In this document: in pieces, positions 27,429 through 37,143 of the stretch | Numbering within the stretch: position 1 is the stretch's first letter | How the letters are laid out: each line of letters opens with the position of its first letter | Assembly (NCBI GenBank): GCA_963754485.1 | Contig: CAVWFY010000008.1 | Location: 198,754-262,753 of the forward strand | Reading direction: 5' to 3' | DNA length: 64,000 nucleotides | From: an uncultured Chloroflexia bacterium | GTDB lineage: Bacteria > Chloroflexota > Limnocylindria > Limnocylindrales > CSP1-4 | Notes under the pieces: generated by a model | What the model was told of the DNA's origin: nothing | Database searches by the model: none | The model's input: only the letters and a program-made list of their open reading frames with translations | Position numbers and translations under genes: made by a program

Positions 27429-28996
27429 GGCTGGGTCTCCAGGGTTCCCGTGACGCGGTAGACGCCCGTCGGCCGGCCGACGGGTTCCAGGACATAGCGT
27501 AGGGCCAGTGCCTCGAGGTCTGCGGTGGTGGCCCGGATGACGTAGACGGGCCGGATGCCGAGATAGTGGTCGATCACGTCCTCGACGCTGCCCAGGCTCT
27601 CGTTCACGATGTCGCTGTCGTCCACGACCAGCAGGTCCGGTCGGCGGCCCTCGACGAGGGTGCCGTACCAGAGGGGCGTGGAGTACGACCACCACGAGAC
27701 CACGACGGCATCCCGGGCCAGGCCGCCCATGGCATCGTCGAGCCAGGTTGCCATGGCCGTGTCCCCGGAGCGGTCTGCGGCCCGCCACCGTTCCTCCAGC
27801 CCGAGGCCGGTTGGGACCAGCAGGGCCAGCGCCATGGCCAGGGCGACCGACGTGCGGACCCCGAGACGGCCGGTGCCGGATGGACGCCGTGCTCGGGCGA
27901 GGACGGCCTCGACGATCGTGCCGGCCGCGATCGCGAGCCACGACCAGGCGAACAGCGCCGGGCCCAGGTAGTAGCGGCCGATGCTGGCATTCACGTAGGA
28001 CGCAGCGAACACGGAGGTGACCGCGACGGCGACGCCCGACAGCAGTGCGTAGCGCGGGAGGCGCAGGGCGGTCACGACGAACGCGGGCGGCACGAGCCAG
28101 GCGAGGATGCCCAGTTCTGACGCGGCGAACCGGGCGAGGGCCGCCGCCCTGGCCGGCAGGTCCGCGAGCCCCTGGATGTCCCCCTGGAACTGGCGGGCCA
28201 GCACGATGTCCCAGAAGCCGCTCCAGGTCTCGGGATGCCCGTAGACCAGGGGCGCCGGGAACGGCCCCGCACGGAGCGGCAGCTCCAGGTACAGCAGCCC
28301 CGCAATCCCGAAGCAGGCCGCCAGGGCGGCGGCGACCAGGCGGGGCCGGCGCACGACCTCCGGGTCCACCGCGAGGACGTACAGCCCCACGGCGGGGATC
28401 AGCAGGATCGCCAGGCCGTGGTTGGCCAGCGCCACGCCGAACAGGGCGGCGGCCAGGACGATCCCACGGTCCGCGCGGCGCGCCGCCGCCGGATCGCCCG
28501 GTGTCGCGTTCCGCCTGGCCACCAGGCCGTCCCAGCGCACGAGGGCGATGACGAGGAGGGCGACGAGGAGCAGGTGCAGGGCGTGAGCGTCGGCGGCAGC
28601 CGAGATCCCCCAGGCGATGGGCGTGAGCGCCAGGCCCACGGCACCCGCCACCGCCAGCGGCAGGGGCACGCCGAGCCGGCGCAGCAGGTGGACGGTGACC
28701 CCCGCCGCACCCGCAACGAGCAACGCGGACAGCACGTTCATGCGGAAGGCCTCGTCGCCCAGCGGCTGCAGGACGACGGACGCCAGCCAGCCCACGAGGA
28801 CGTAAGCCGGGAAGCCCGTGGGGTGCATCGTGCCCATGAGCGGCAGCACGGTCTGGGCCTCGGCCGTGTCCCAGGCGAAGACCCCGGGCAGGAGCGTGGA
28901 CCAGTAGACCAGCAGGGCTGCCCCTGCGACGAGCAGCCCTGCGAGGAGGGTCTCGACCGGCGCGCTCAGCCGTCCGCCCGGCGGGCTACCAGCCAA
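27425..28996 (-). CDS. DUF2723 (TMEM260-like) GT-C membrane glycosyltransferase
   Basis: WDTAEAQ...MHPTGFPAY N-terminal motif, LYLELPLRA, multiple TM helices. Confidence 0.82.
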   Translation of the reverse strand: MAGSPPGGRLSAPVETLLAGLLVAGAALLVYWSTLLPGVFAWDTAEAQTVLPLMGTMHPTGFPAYVLVGWLASVVLQPLGDEAFRMNVLSALLVAGAAGVTVHLLRRLGVPLPLAVAGAVGLALTPIAWGISAAADAHALHLLLVALLVIALVRWDGLVARRNATPGDPAAARRADRGIVLAAALFGVALANHGLAILLIPAVGLYVLAVDPEVVRRPRLVAAALAACFGIAGLLYLELPLRAGPFPAPLVYGHPETWSGFWDIVLARQFQGDIQGLADLPARAAALARFAASELGILAWLVPPAFVVTALRLPRYALLSGVAVAVTSVFAASYVNASIGRYYLGPALFAWSWLAIAAGTIVEAVLARARRPSGTGRLGVRTSVALAMALALLVPTGLGLEERWRAADRSGDTAMATWLDDAMGGLARDAVVVSWWSYSTPLWYGTLVEGRRPDLLVVDDSDIVNESLGSVEDVIDHYLGIRPVYVIRATTADLEALALRYVLEPVGRPTGVYRVTGTLETQP

Positions 28997-30401
28997 GGAG
29001 CTGGCCCCAGGTCACGCCCCACAGGTTGATCAGCCCGCCCGCCACCAGCAGCACGATTGCGATCAGCCGAGGACGCCCATCGGTGGGTCGCGCGGCTCCC
29101 AGCGCAACCATCGGCAGGAGGAAGGGCAGGAAGTCGAGCGAGAACCGGTAACCCCACTGCACCCAGCCCTGCGAGAAGTGGCTGAGGTTGAAGACGGCGA
29201 TCAGGCCGACCGCGACCGCGGTGCCGATACCCAGGCGGGTCCGCCCACGCCGGCGGAAGGCAAAGAGCGCGAGGAGCAGCGCCGGGGCGGAGAGGAGGAT
29301 GCTGGTCCCGAGATCGACGGGGATCACGAGGGGACAGTCGATGTCGAACAGCGAGCGCTGCGCTCCGGGATCGGTGCACAGCGGGACGTCCTCGGCGATG
29401 CCCAGCGTGTTCGGCAACTTGTCCGGGGACACCTCGGGCAGTGCCCCGAGCATGATCTGGAGGTTCTGTGGCACGTAGCGCGGATCCTCCACCGACCAGG
29501 CGGGGTTGTAGCCCAGCGTCGGATACCCCTCGGCCTCCAGCCGGTACTGGTAGTCGTAGCCCGGGTGCAGGAGCGAGCCCGTCGTCAGAAACGTGTAGCC
29601 GAGCAGGACCACCACGGGCAGGAACCCGCCCACGGCGGCCGAGGCCAGGCGCCGCCCGCGCGTCCCGCCGCCGCCCACCATGACGAAGAACGGCGCGGCG
29701 AAGATCAGCGGCAGCCGGGCGGTGACCGCGAGGCCGAGCAGGAACCCGACGAGCACCTGGGAGCGGTCGAGGGGCCACACGGAGCGACGCACGCGGCCCG
29801 CTACCGAGTCCGTCGGATCGTTGTCCTCGGGGACAGCCTCGTCCCAGGGGCGCTCGTCGGCGGCCGTCGGATCCCGGCGCAGGGCGATCCCCACGGCGAT
29901 GAGCGCGATATCGGCGGCCACGAGGTGGGCGAGGTACCAGGTGCTGCCCACGGCCGACGCCCACCACCAGACGGTGCCGGTGGCGAAGATCCCTGTCGTG
30001 AGCGCCCGGACGGACGCGCGCAGCCGCAGCCCGCCCAGCATCCACCAGGCCAGACCGACGCCCAGGCCCCCGAGGCCGATGGCGATCGCCTCCTGGTCGG
30101 CAGCAAGCCCCCAGGCCGCGACGAACGGCAGCAGCAGGATCGCCGGCAGGGGGGGGAACGGGAGCAGGACGCGCCCGTCCGGTGTCCCGTCCGGGAGTGT
30201 CAGTGGGTACACGTCCTGCAGGTACCAGTTCTCGGGCAGGTCGTCGCCCGCGAGCACCGGGTGCGGGAACCAGACGCGCCCCTGGAGGTAGGCGTCGGCC
30301 TGCCAGACGAAATGGTTGTATAGGTTGTAGTGCTCGGGGTTCGAGACCCAGTACAGGGCGAAGGCGGCCAGCACGAAGCCCAGCCCGATGAGCCAGCTCA
30401 C
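28986..30401 (-). CDS. Uncharacterised GT-C-fold multi-pass membrane glycosyltransferase
   Basis: HFVWQADAYLQGR loop, LLPFPPLPAILL, TWYLAH, GWVQWGYRFSLD; start approximate. Confidence 0.7.
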   Translation of the reverse strand: MSWLIGLGFVLAAFALYWVSNPEHYNLYNHFVWQADAYLQGRVWFPHPVLAGDDLPENWYLQDVYPLTLPDGTPDGRVLLPFPPLPAILLLPFVAAWGLAADQEAIAIGLGGLGVGLAWWMLGGLRLRASVRALTTGIFATGTVWWWASAVGSTWYLAHLVAADIALIAVGIALRRDPTAADERPWDEAVPEDNDPTDSVAGRVRRSVWPLDRSQVLVGFLLGLAVTARLPLIFAAPFFVMVGGGGTRGRRLASAAVGGFLPVVVLLGYTFLTTGSLLHPGYDYQYRLEAEGYPTLGYNPAWSVEDPRYVPQNLQIMLGALPEVSPDKLPNTLGIAEDVPLCTDPGAQRSLFDIDCPLVIPVDLGTSILLSAPALLLALFAFRRRGRTRLGIGTAVAVGLIAVFNLSHFSQGWVQWGYRFSLDFLPFLLPMVALGAARPTDGRPRLIAIVLLVAGGLINLWGVTWGQLLGW

Positions 30402-30452
30402 CGGGTTGTGGATGGCAGGAGTGACCCCGGGGGTCCTCTCGGGCCCCTCGGC

Positions 30453-30458
30453 TATACT
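30453..30458 (+). promoter_or_regulatory. -10 element TATACT for the giant GT-C gene (SD AGGAGG at 30481)
   Basis: Read directly in the divergent intergenic region. Confidence 0.55.
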
Positions 30459-30492
30459 CGGCGGCACCTTCACCTTGCGTAGGAGGCTCCCC

Positions 30493-33400
30493 GTGACCGC
30501 TCTGGGTTCGGGTATGCCCGACCGGGAGTCAACGACGGACGACGCCCCCCGGCGAGGCATCGGCCTGCAGATCGCGACGATCATGGCGATCGGCCTGATC
30601 TTCAGGCTGATTCTGGCATACGGCATCGATGGACTCCGCGGCTCCGGGTTTGGAGCAGACCTCGGGCTGTTCAACTACTGGGCCGACACCCTCGCCCAGC
30701 ACGGCCCGTGGGGCTTCTACGCCAACGCCTCGTACGCCGACTACACGCCCGGCTACCTCTACGCCCTGTGGCCCATCGGGGCCCTGCGCGAGGTCCTCGG
30801 CGCCGCGGGCCTGGCCACGGACATCACCGACAGCCTGATCAAGCTGCCGGCGATCATCACGGACGTCCTGCTCGGCTACCTCGTGGCGTCCATGGCGCTG
30901 GAGCTGGGTGTGACCCGGCGCCGCGCGCTGATCGCCGCCGCGGTCGTCATCTTCAACCCGATCACCTGGTTCGACTCGGTGATCTGGGGCCAGGTGGACA
31001 GCTTCGGGACGCTGTTCCTGCTCCTCGGCGTGCGCGAGCTGTGGCGGGGCCGCCATGAGCGTGCCGCCGTCCTCGCGGTGGTCGCCGCCCTCATCAAGCC
31101 CCAGCTGGCGATCCTGGTGCCGATCGTGGCCGTCGTCGTGATCCGGCGGGCGCTGTGGCCGAAGGGCGGCTACGGCGACGAGGGCGAGCCGGCCAGGCGC
31201 GGGTTCTCCTTCGAGTTCCGGGACATCGGGTGGCTGCGCATCCTGACCACCGGCGCGGCGGGGTTCCTGACCACCGTCGCGCTGTCGGCGCCGTTCGGGC
31301 TCACGGTCGTCGGGGTCTCATCGACCGCCCCCTTCCTCGACAGCTCGCTCCTCCGGCTCGTGTTCAGCACGGCCGCGACCTACCCCTACCTGTCGGTGAA
31401 CGCCTACAACTGGTGGGCCCTGTTCCCGGTCGACGGCCAGAGCGTGGCCACCGCCGGTGGGGCGCTCTGGATGCCGGACTCGCCGGTGCCGGACGCGGCG
31501 GCCTGGGGCGCGGTTGGCCCGGTCCCGGCCGCGCTGGTGGGCGCGGCGCTGCTCCTGGGCACGGCCGCGGTCGTCGCCTGGGTGGTGGCGCGCCATCCGG
31601 ACCGCCTGACGATCCTGGTCGGCGTCAGCGTGCTCGCCCTGGCCTTCTTCGCCGCCCCGACGCGCGTCCACGAGCGTTACCTGTTCCCATTCTTCGGCCT
31701 GGCGGCCATCCTGTTCGCCTTCTCGATGCGCTGGCGGGTCGCCTACGTCGTGGCCGGGATCGCGACGTTCCTGAACATGTACGTGGTCCTCGTCGCGCTC
31801 TACCCGGACAACCCCGGGGTCTCGGACTGGCTGGGGATCGGCGGGGCGATCCGATCGCCGTTCGGCGTGACGACGGTGGCCCTGCTCCACTCGGCGGCGT
31901 TCATCTGGGGCGTCCTCCAGCTGCGTCCGGGCGCGCGCCGGGCGCTTGCCGCCCAGCTGGAGCGCGGCCGGGTCGAGGATGAGTCCCTCGCGCCAGGGCC
32001 GGAGACGCGTCAGCTGCTCGCGACCGATCCCGGCATTTCCGCTGCGGGTGCCGCGGGTGCCGCGCTGGGCGAGGGCGCCGCGGGGGAGGTCGTCCCTGCC
32101 GATGGCCCGGATGCCGCCCCCGCCGCAGGCGGCCAACCAGTGCGCGCGGCACCCGTTGCCGCAACCCGCCTCGTGCCCGCGTGGTACGACCGACCGTCCT
32201 GGACGGAGATGGGACCGATCGCGTGGCTGCGCGCCCGCGTGGGTGAGACGCCCTTCCGCCCCGACCGATCTGCGAGCCTCGACCGCGAGCCACGAGGGCG
32301 CCTGGACAGGCTGGACCTGTTCCTCCTCATCGTGTTCGTGGTCGGTGCATTGGTCCTGCGCACGTACCGGCTGGGCGAACCCGCGCGGATGCACTTCGAC
32401 GAGGTCTATCACGCGCGCACCGCCACGGAGTTCCTCCAGTCCTGGCGCTACGACATCTCGCACGACATCTACGAGTGGACCCACCCACACCTCGCCAAGT
32501 ACGCGATGGCCGCCGGGATCGTCGCCTTCGCGGGCCACGACGTGGCGTCTGCGAGCGACCTGGGCGTGCCCGTGCGGGACGCCGCGATCGAGCCGCGCCG
32601 CGAGGAGCCGTCCGGCTCTGGCGACCGTGCGGGTGATCGCGTCTGGGTGGCGACCGGCTCGGAGCTCGTCGCCTTCGACACCACCACCCGGGGCGTCGTT
32701 GCGCGCTGGGCTCTGCCGGGCGCGAGCGCGGTCACCTTCGACGAGACCGGACTGCAGGCGCTGGTCGGGACGGACGCGGGCGACCTGTATGCCATCGACG
32801 CCACCGCGCTCGACGCCGACCCCGGGGCCGACCCGGAGAACCCCGAGATCACGCCGTTCCCGGTGACCACGGTCGGGGCACCCGTGACCCGGCTTGCCGC
32901 CTACCGCGATGGCTCCCACGCGGCGGTCATCCTGGCGGACGGCACCGTGGTGGTCGTGGACCTGGACGCGGCGGAGGTCGTCGGCACGGCGGTCCTTGCG
33001 GGCGCCAGGGACCTGGCGGCCGTGGACGACGTGACCGCCCTCCTCGTCCTGCCCGCGGCCGTGGAGGACCCGGAGGCGGCGGCCGCGAAGCTGGCCGAGA
33101 TCCTGGGCGGCGACCAGGCGACATACCTCGCCGATCTCAGGATGGCCGACGAGGAGACCGTCAGGCTCGACGTCGTCACGACGACCGAGGAGCGCACGGC
33201 TCTCAAGGTCGCCATGGATGCGGGCGAGCTCGCGGGCGTGGAGTTCCAGCCGGTCTCCACGATGGCCGTTGCGGACGGCGCTGGCGTCACGTTCGTCGAC
33301 GTCGCCGCCGCGACGACCGCGACGGTGGAGCTCGAGGGCGGCGCCGCCGGCCTGGCCCAGGTCAGCGGCGTCGACGACGGGACGCAGCTGTACGTCACGT

Positions 33401-35937
33401 CGACGGACGACACGACCGGCGACCCCGAGATCACCGTGATCTCGATCACCGGCGACCGCGCGGAGAACGGGCCCGAGGTCCGCGAGGACTTCCCGCTGCC
33501 AGGGAGCGGCACGCGGGTCATCTACGACGCCGCGGCGGAGCTCGTGTACGTGCTGGGGACGACGCCCGACGATGCCGGGACGACCGCGTACGTCATCGAG
33601 CCGCATGGGAAGAGCGTCTTCGCGGACCACCGGCTGCCGTTCGCGCCGACGGCGATGGTCCTGGATCACAACAAGGACTTCCCTTCCACAAGCCATGGCT
33701 CGCTGCTCCCATTCGAGGCCGGCGGCAAGGCCGTCTCGCTCGACGTCGGGTCGTACGCCTTTGCGTGGCGGCTGCCGGGCGTGATCATGGGCGCGCTCAC
33801 GGTGGCGGTCCTGTTCCTGCTGGCGCGGGTCCTCTTCCGCCGCCGTACGGTCGGCGTGCTGGTCGGGCTGTTCGCGCTCCTGGACGGAATGCTCTTCGTC
33901 CAGAGCAGGATCGCGATGAACGACGTGTACACGGCCTTCTTCATCCTGGCCGCCTACCTGCTGTTCGCGTGGCTGTGGCTGGAACCCGAACGCGTCAAGC
34001 GCTCGTTCTGGGTCGTGATGCCCGCCATGGGCGTCCTCCTGGGCCTGGCACTCGCATCCAAGTGGGTCGCCGCCTACGCGATCGGCGCGCTGGGGATCCT
34101 CGTGCTCATCCGCTCGGCCCTCGGCCGGATCCTGCTCATCGTCGGCATGATCGGGATCACCGGCGTCCTCGGCTGGATGGGCCTCGCCGTGCCCGTGGAC
34201 AGCGGTGGGGCCGGGAACCTGCCGTTCATCCTGATCATGATCGGCCTCACCCTGGCGACGGTCGTGCTGACGGTCTACCGCCCGGTCGCCTGGTCGGACG
34301 ACGAGATGCGCTTCGCCGTCGCCGCACCGGCCGCGGCGGGGATCCTCATCGCTCTCACCGGGATGGCCATGGGCAGGGCGGAGGAGAACATCGTCCTGGG
34401 CCCGGTCCAGTTCAGCGCGGTCCAGGCAGGCTTCGCGCTCGTGCTGGTCGGCCTGCTGGCGTACGCCGCGTTCAACGTGGGTGGGAGGCTCGGGGTTGGC
34501 CCCATGAAGCCGGCTCCCGACCCCGACGCCGTCGGGGGTCCGCCGCCGGCCTCGCCCGCTCCCGAAGGCTGGGTTCGCCTTGGCTGGGGTCTCGGCCTGC
34601 CGGCCGCGTGGCTGGCGGCGTGCCTGCTCGTGATCCCGCTGGCGGTCTACGTCCTCACGTATGTGCCGTGGGCCCTGATCGAGAACCACCGGATCGTCGA
34701 CGGCTGGCCCGCCGGCAACACGGGCGAGACGCTCGTCGAGCTCACCAGGCGGATGTACGAGTACCACAACAACCTGACCGCGGCACATGCCGCCAGCTCG
34801 CCGTGGTGGGCCTGGCCGCTCAACCTCAAGCCCGTGTGGTTCTACCAGGGCTCCTACGCCTACTCCACCTCGGCCGCCATCTACGACGCGGGCAACACGG
34901 TGATCTGGTGGCTGGGTATCCCGGCGATGGCGTTCGTGGCGTTCCAGGCCTACCGGCGCCGAAGTCTCGCCCTGGCACTGATCCTGATCGCGTTCCTGGC
35001 CCAGTGGGTCTCGTGGGCCCGCATCGACCGAGCGGCCTTCCAGTACCACTACTACACGAGCCTGCCGTTCGTGATCATGGCCCTCGGCTACTTCGTCGCG
35101 GAGATCTGGCACGGGGCCTCGCGGCGGACGTGGCTCCTGGTCCGGGCGTCGGCGGCCGTGGCAATCATGGGCCCGGTGATCCTGTGGCTGCTGCGCTACC
35201 CGCTGTGTGCGCTCGCGGGGGTGGAGTCGGTCAATGCCGGCTCGCAGGCCTGCAACGGGAACCCGGGCAACCTGGTCGTGACCCCGGCGACCGCCGCCAT
35301 GGTGGTCGTGTCGGTGATCACCGTGCTGGCGCTGGTGTGGATGCTGATCGCTCTCGGGCGACCGCGACCCAGCAGTCGGCCGATGACCATCCATGACCTC
35401 CTGCCGCTCGTCCTGACCGCTGCCGCGGGAGGCGCCGCACTGGCCGTCTCGCGCCTCCTCCCGGACGGCGATCCGCTGTTCACCATCAACGGAGTCGTCC
35501 CCGAGATCATCGCGCTCATCGTGGCCGTCCCCCTGGGTCTCATGGCGATCCAGGTCCTGACGGCGCGCGACGCGCGCAGGTTCGTGGCCGGGCTGCTCGC
35601 GGTGACGGCGGCGTGGTTCGTGATCCTCTACCCGAACATCTCGGCGCTCGCGATGCCGTCCACGATCGTCAACGCCTACCAGGGGCTGCTGCCCACCTAC
35701 CTCTACGCGTTCCAGTTCAGCGTGGACACGATCGACCGCGCCAAGGCGATCTCGTTCGCGGACCCCAAGTTCGCGATCCTGATGGTGTTCCTGGTCGTGG
35801 CCAGCGGCGTCGTGGCCTACTCCGCATGGGCATGGCGCCAGGCGGCCGCTCCGGGCACCGGGGAGGATGGGGAGGGCGACGGTCCCGCGGGTCCCATCGA
35901 CGCCGCCTGTCCCAGTGGGGAGGCCGGTCCCGGTTGA
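30493..35937 (+). CDS. 1814-aa fusion: GT87/PIG-M-like GT-C plus protein O-mannosyltransferase (PMT/GT39) carrying a beta-propeller-like insertion
   Basis: N-module DYTPGY, KLPAII, WGQVDS, IKPQ, RVHERY; PMT module FDEVYH, HPHLAK, AWRLPG, SRIAMND, SKW, SPWWAWP, FQYHYY. Confidence 0.85.
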   Translation: MTALGSGMPDRESTTDDAPRRGIGLQIATIMAIGLIFRLILAYGIDGLRGSGFGADLGLFNYWADTLAQHGPWGFYANASYADYTPGYLYALWPIGALREVLGAAGLATDITDSLIKLPAIITDVLLGYLVASMALELGVTRRRALIAAAVVIFNPITWFDSVIWGQVDSFGTLFLLLGVRELWRGRHERAAVLAVVAALIKPQLAILVPIVAVVVIRRALWPKGGYGDEGEPARRGFSFEFRDIGWLRILTTGAAGFLTTVALSAPFGLTVVGVSSTAPFLDSSLLRLVFSTAATYPYLSVNAYNWWALFPVDGQSVATAGGALWMPDSPVPDAAAWGAVGPVPAALVGAALLLGTAAVVAWVVARHPDRLTILVGVSVLALAFFAAPTRVHERYLFPFFGLAAILFAFSMRWRVAYVVAGIATFLNMYVVLVALYPDNPGVSDWLGIGGAIRSPFGVTTVALLHSAAFIWGVLQLRPGARRALAAQLERGRVEDESLAPGPETRQLLATDPGISAAGAAGAALGEGAAGEVVPADGPDAAPAAGGQPVRAAPVAATRLVPAWYDRPSWTEMGPIAWLRARVGETPFRPDRSASLDREPRGRLDRLDLFLLIVFVVGALVLRTYRLGEPARMHFDEVYHARTATEFLQSWRYDISHDIYEWTHPHLAKYAMAAGIVAFAGHDVASASDLGVPVRDAAIEPRREEPSGSGDRAGDRVWVATGSELVAFDTTTRGVVARWALPGASAVTFDETGLQALVGTDAGDLYAIDATALDADPGADPENPEITPFPVTTVGAPVTRLAAYRDGSHAAVILADGTVVVVDLDAAEVVGTAVLAGARDLAAVDDVTALLVLPAAVEDPEAAAAKLAEILGGDQATYLADLRMADEETVRLDVVTTTEERTALKVAMDAGELAGVEFQPVSTMAVADGAGVTFVDVAAATTATVELEGGAAGLAQVSGVDDGTQLYVTSTDDTTGDPEITVISITGDRAENGPEVREDFPLPGSGTRVIYDAAAELVYVLGTTPDDAGTTAYVIEPHGKSVFADHRLPFAPTAMVLDHNKDFPSTSHGSLLPFEAGGKAVSLDVGSYAFAWRLPGVIMGALTVAVLFLLARVLFRRRTVGVLVGLFALLDGMLFVQSRIAMNDVYTAFFILAAYLLFAWLWLEPERVKRSFWVVMPAMGVLLGLALASKWVAAYAIGALGILVLIRSALGRILLIVGMIGITGVLGWMGLAVPVDSGGAGNLPFILIMIGLTLATVVLTVYRPVAWSDDEMRFAVAAPAAAGILIALTGMAMGRAEENIVLGPVQFSAVQAGFALVLVGLLAYAAFNVGGRLGVGPMKPAPDPDAVGGPPPASPAPEGWVRLGWGLGLPAAWLAACLLVIPLAVYVLTYVPWALIENHRIVDGWPAGNTGETLVELTRRMYEYHNNLTAAHAASSPWWAWPLNLKPVWFYQGSYAYSTSAAIYDAGNTVIWWLGIPAMAFVAFQAYRRRSLALALILIAFLAQWVSWARIDRAAFQYHYYTSLPFVIMALGYFVAEIWHGASRRTWLLVRASAAVAIMGPVILWLLRYPLCALAGVESVNAGSQACNGNPGNLVVTPATAAMVVVSVITVLALVWMLIALGRPRPSSRPMTIHDLLPLVLTAAAGGAALAVSRLLPDGDPLFTINGVVPEIIALIVAVPLGLMAIQVLTARDARRFVAGLLAVTAAWFVILYPNISALAMPSTIVNAYQGLLPTYLYAFQFSVDTIDRAKAISFADPKFAILMVFLVVASGVVAYSAWAWRQAAAPGTGEDGEGDGPAGPIDAACPSGEAGPG

Positions 35938-35958
35938 GCAGGCCTCGAGGACGGAGCC

Positions 35959-37143
35959 TCAGCCCGCGCCCGAAGCGGCCCGTGGTGACGGCGGGATCGG
36001 CGCGCTGAAGTGGGCAGGCAGGGCGCCCGTGGCGGCGAGCCGGCGGATCACGAAGCCGTAGTACTCGTCCACCTTGGCGGTCACGCGCGGCCAGCTGAAC
36101 TCCTCGGCGCGCACGAGGCCCGACGCCGCCATGGACGCCGCCAACTCGCGGTCCCGGAGGAGGCGGCCCAGGGCCGCCGCGAGCTCCTTGTGATCCTTGG
36201 GCGGGACGAGGAGTGCCTCACGCCCACGCCGGACCACGCCCTTGTAGCCGTGGATGTCGGAGGCGACAATGGGCGCTCCCGCCGCCATCGCCTCGAGCAG
36301 GACGATCCCGAACGACTCCCGTCCCGTGGCCGGCGAGCAGAAGACGTCGGCGGTCCGGAACAACTGGTTCCGTTCGTCGTCCGAGACGCGGCCGAGGAAC
36401 TCGACGCCCTGCAATCGCCGCGTGGCCACGTAGCGCCGCGCCTCGCGCTCCTGCGGCCCTCCGCCCACGAGAAGCAGCCGGCAGTCGTAGCCGGTCCGGC
36501 GCAGGATCCGGTAGGCCTTGAGCAGGTCCAGCACACCCTTGCGGGGTTCGAACCGGCCCACGAACAGGATGTTCCGGGTGCCGTCCTGCCACCGTGTCAG
36601 CGGCACGGCGCCCCGGAAGCGCGTCATGTCCACGCCGTTGGGGATCACCTTGTAGTCACCCGGGAAGTAGCGGTCGATGAAGTGGCGCGCCGCCGCCGAC
36701 ACCGCGATCCGCCCATGCAGCCGGTCCGCGTACCCGCGCAGCGCCCGGGCCCCGAACTCGTAGGCCGGCGACCAGCCACCGTACGCATGGAAGGTGCCGA
36801 TGTTGACGCTCTGGCTCTGGTTGAGGAGCACCAGCGACAGGAACGGCACGAACGGCTCGTGGAAGTGGAGGACGTCGAACCGCTCCCGCTCCAGCAGATC
36901 GTGCGCCTGGGACACGTAGCGCGGCGAGAGCGTGATCGTCCCCACGGATCCATTGGCCGGCATCGAGAAGCCCTTGCCCAGGCGGATGACGTCCCCCTCG
37001 GATGAACGCTGGAGGCCGTGCGACGAGGTCAGGATCCGGACCTCGTGGCCGCGCAGGCGGAGGTTCTCGTAGAGGAACCGGACGTGCTGGGTGACGCCGC
37101 CCGGCAGCGGGTAGACGTACGGCGAGACCAGGCCGATCTTCAC
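35959..37143 (-). CDS. pimA: GT4 phosphatidyl-myo-inositol mannosyltransferase PimA-like
   Basis: MKIGLVSPY..PGGVTQH, LHFHEPFVP, GRFEPRKG, ESFGIVLLEAMAAG; operon context. Confidence 0.8.
   Translation of the reverse strand: MKIGLVSPYVYPLPGGVTQHVRFLYENLRLRGHEVRILTSSHGLQRSSEGDVIRLGKGFSMPANGSVGTITLSPRYVSQAHDLLERERFDVLHFHEPFVPFLSLVLLNQSQSVNIGTFHAYGGWSPAYEFGARALRGYADRLHGRIAVSAAARHFIDRYFPGDYKVIPNGVDMTRFRGAVPLTRWQDGTRNILFVGRFEPRKGVLDLLKAYRILRRTGYDCRLLLVGGGPQEREARRYVATRRLQGVEFLGRVSDDERNQLFRTADVFCSPATGRESFGIVLLEAMAAGAPIVASDIHGYKGVVRRGREALLVPPKDHKELAAALGRLLRDRELAASMAASGLVRAEEFSWPRVTAKVDEYYGFVIRRLAATGALPAHFSAPIPPSPRAASGAG

Noticed and set aside
31318-35394. 1358-aa ORF on the minus strand, and similar long ORFs such as 53071-56514 (+) and 19943-21559 (-)
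   Set aside because: Antisense shadows of real genes; Arg/Gly/Pro-rich with no motifs, as expected from stop-codon scarcity at high GC
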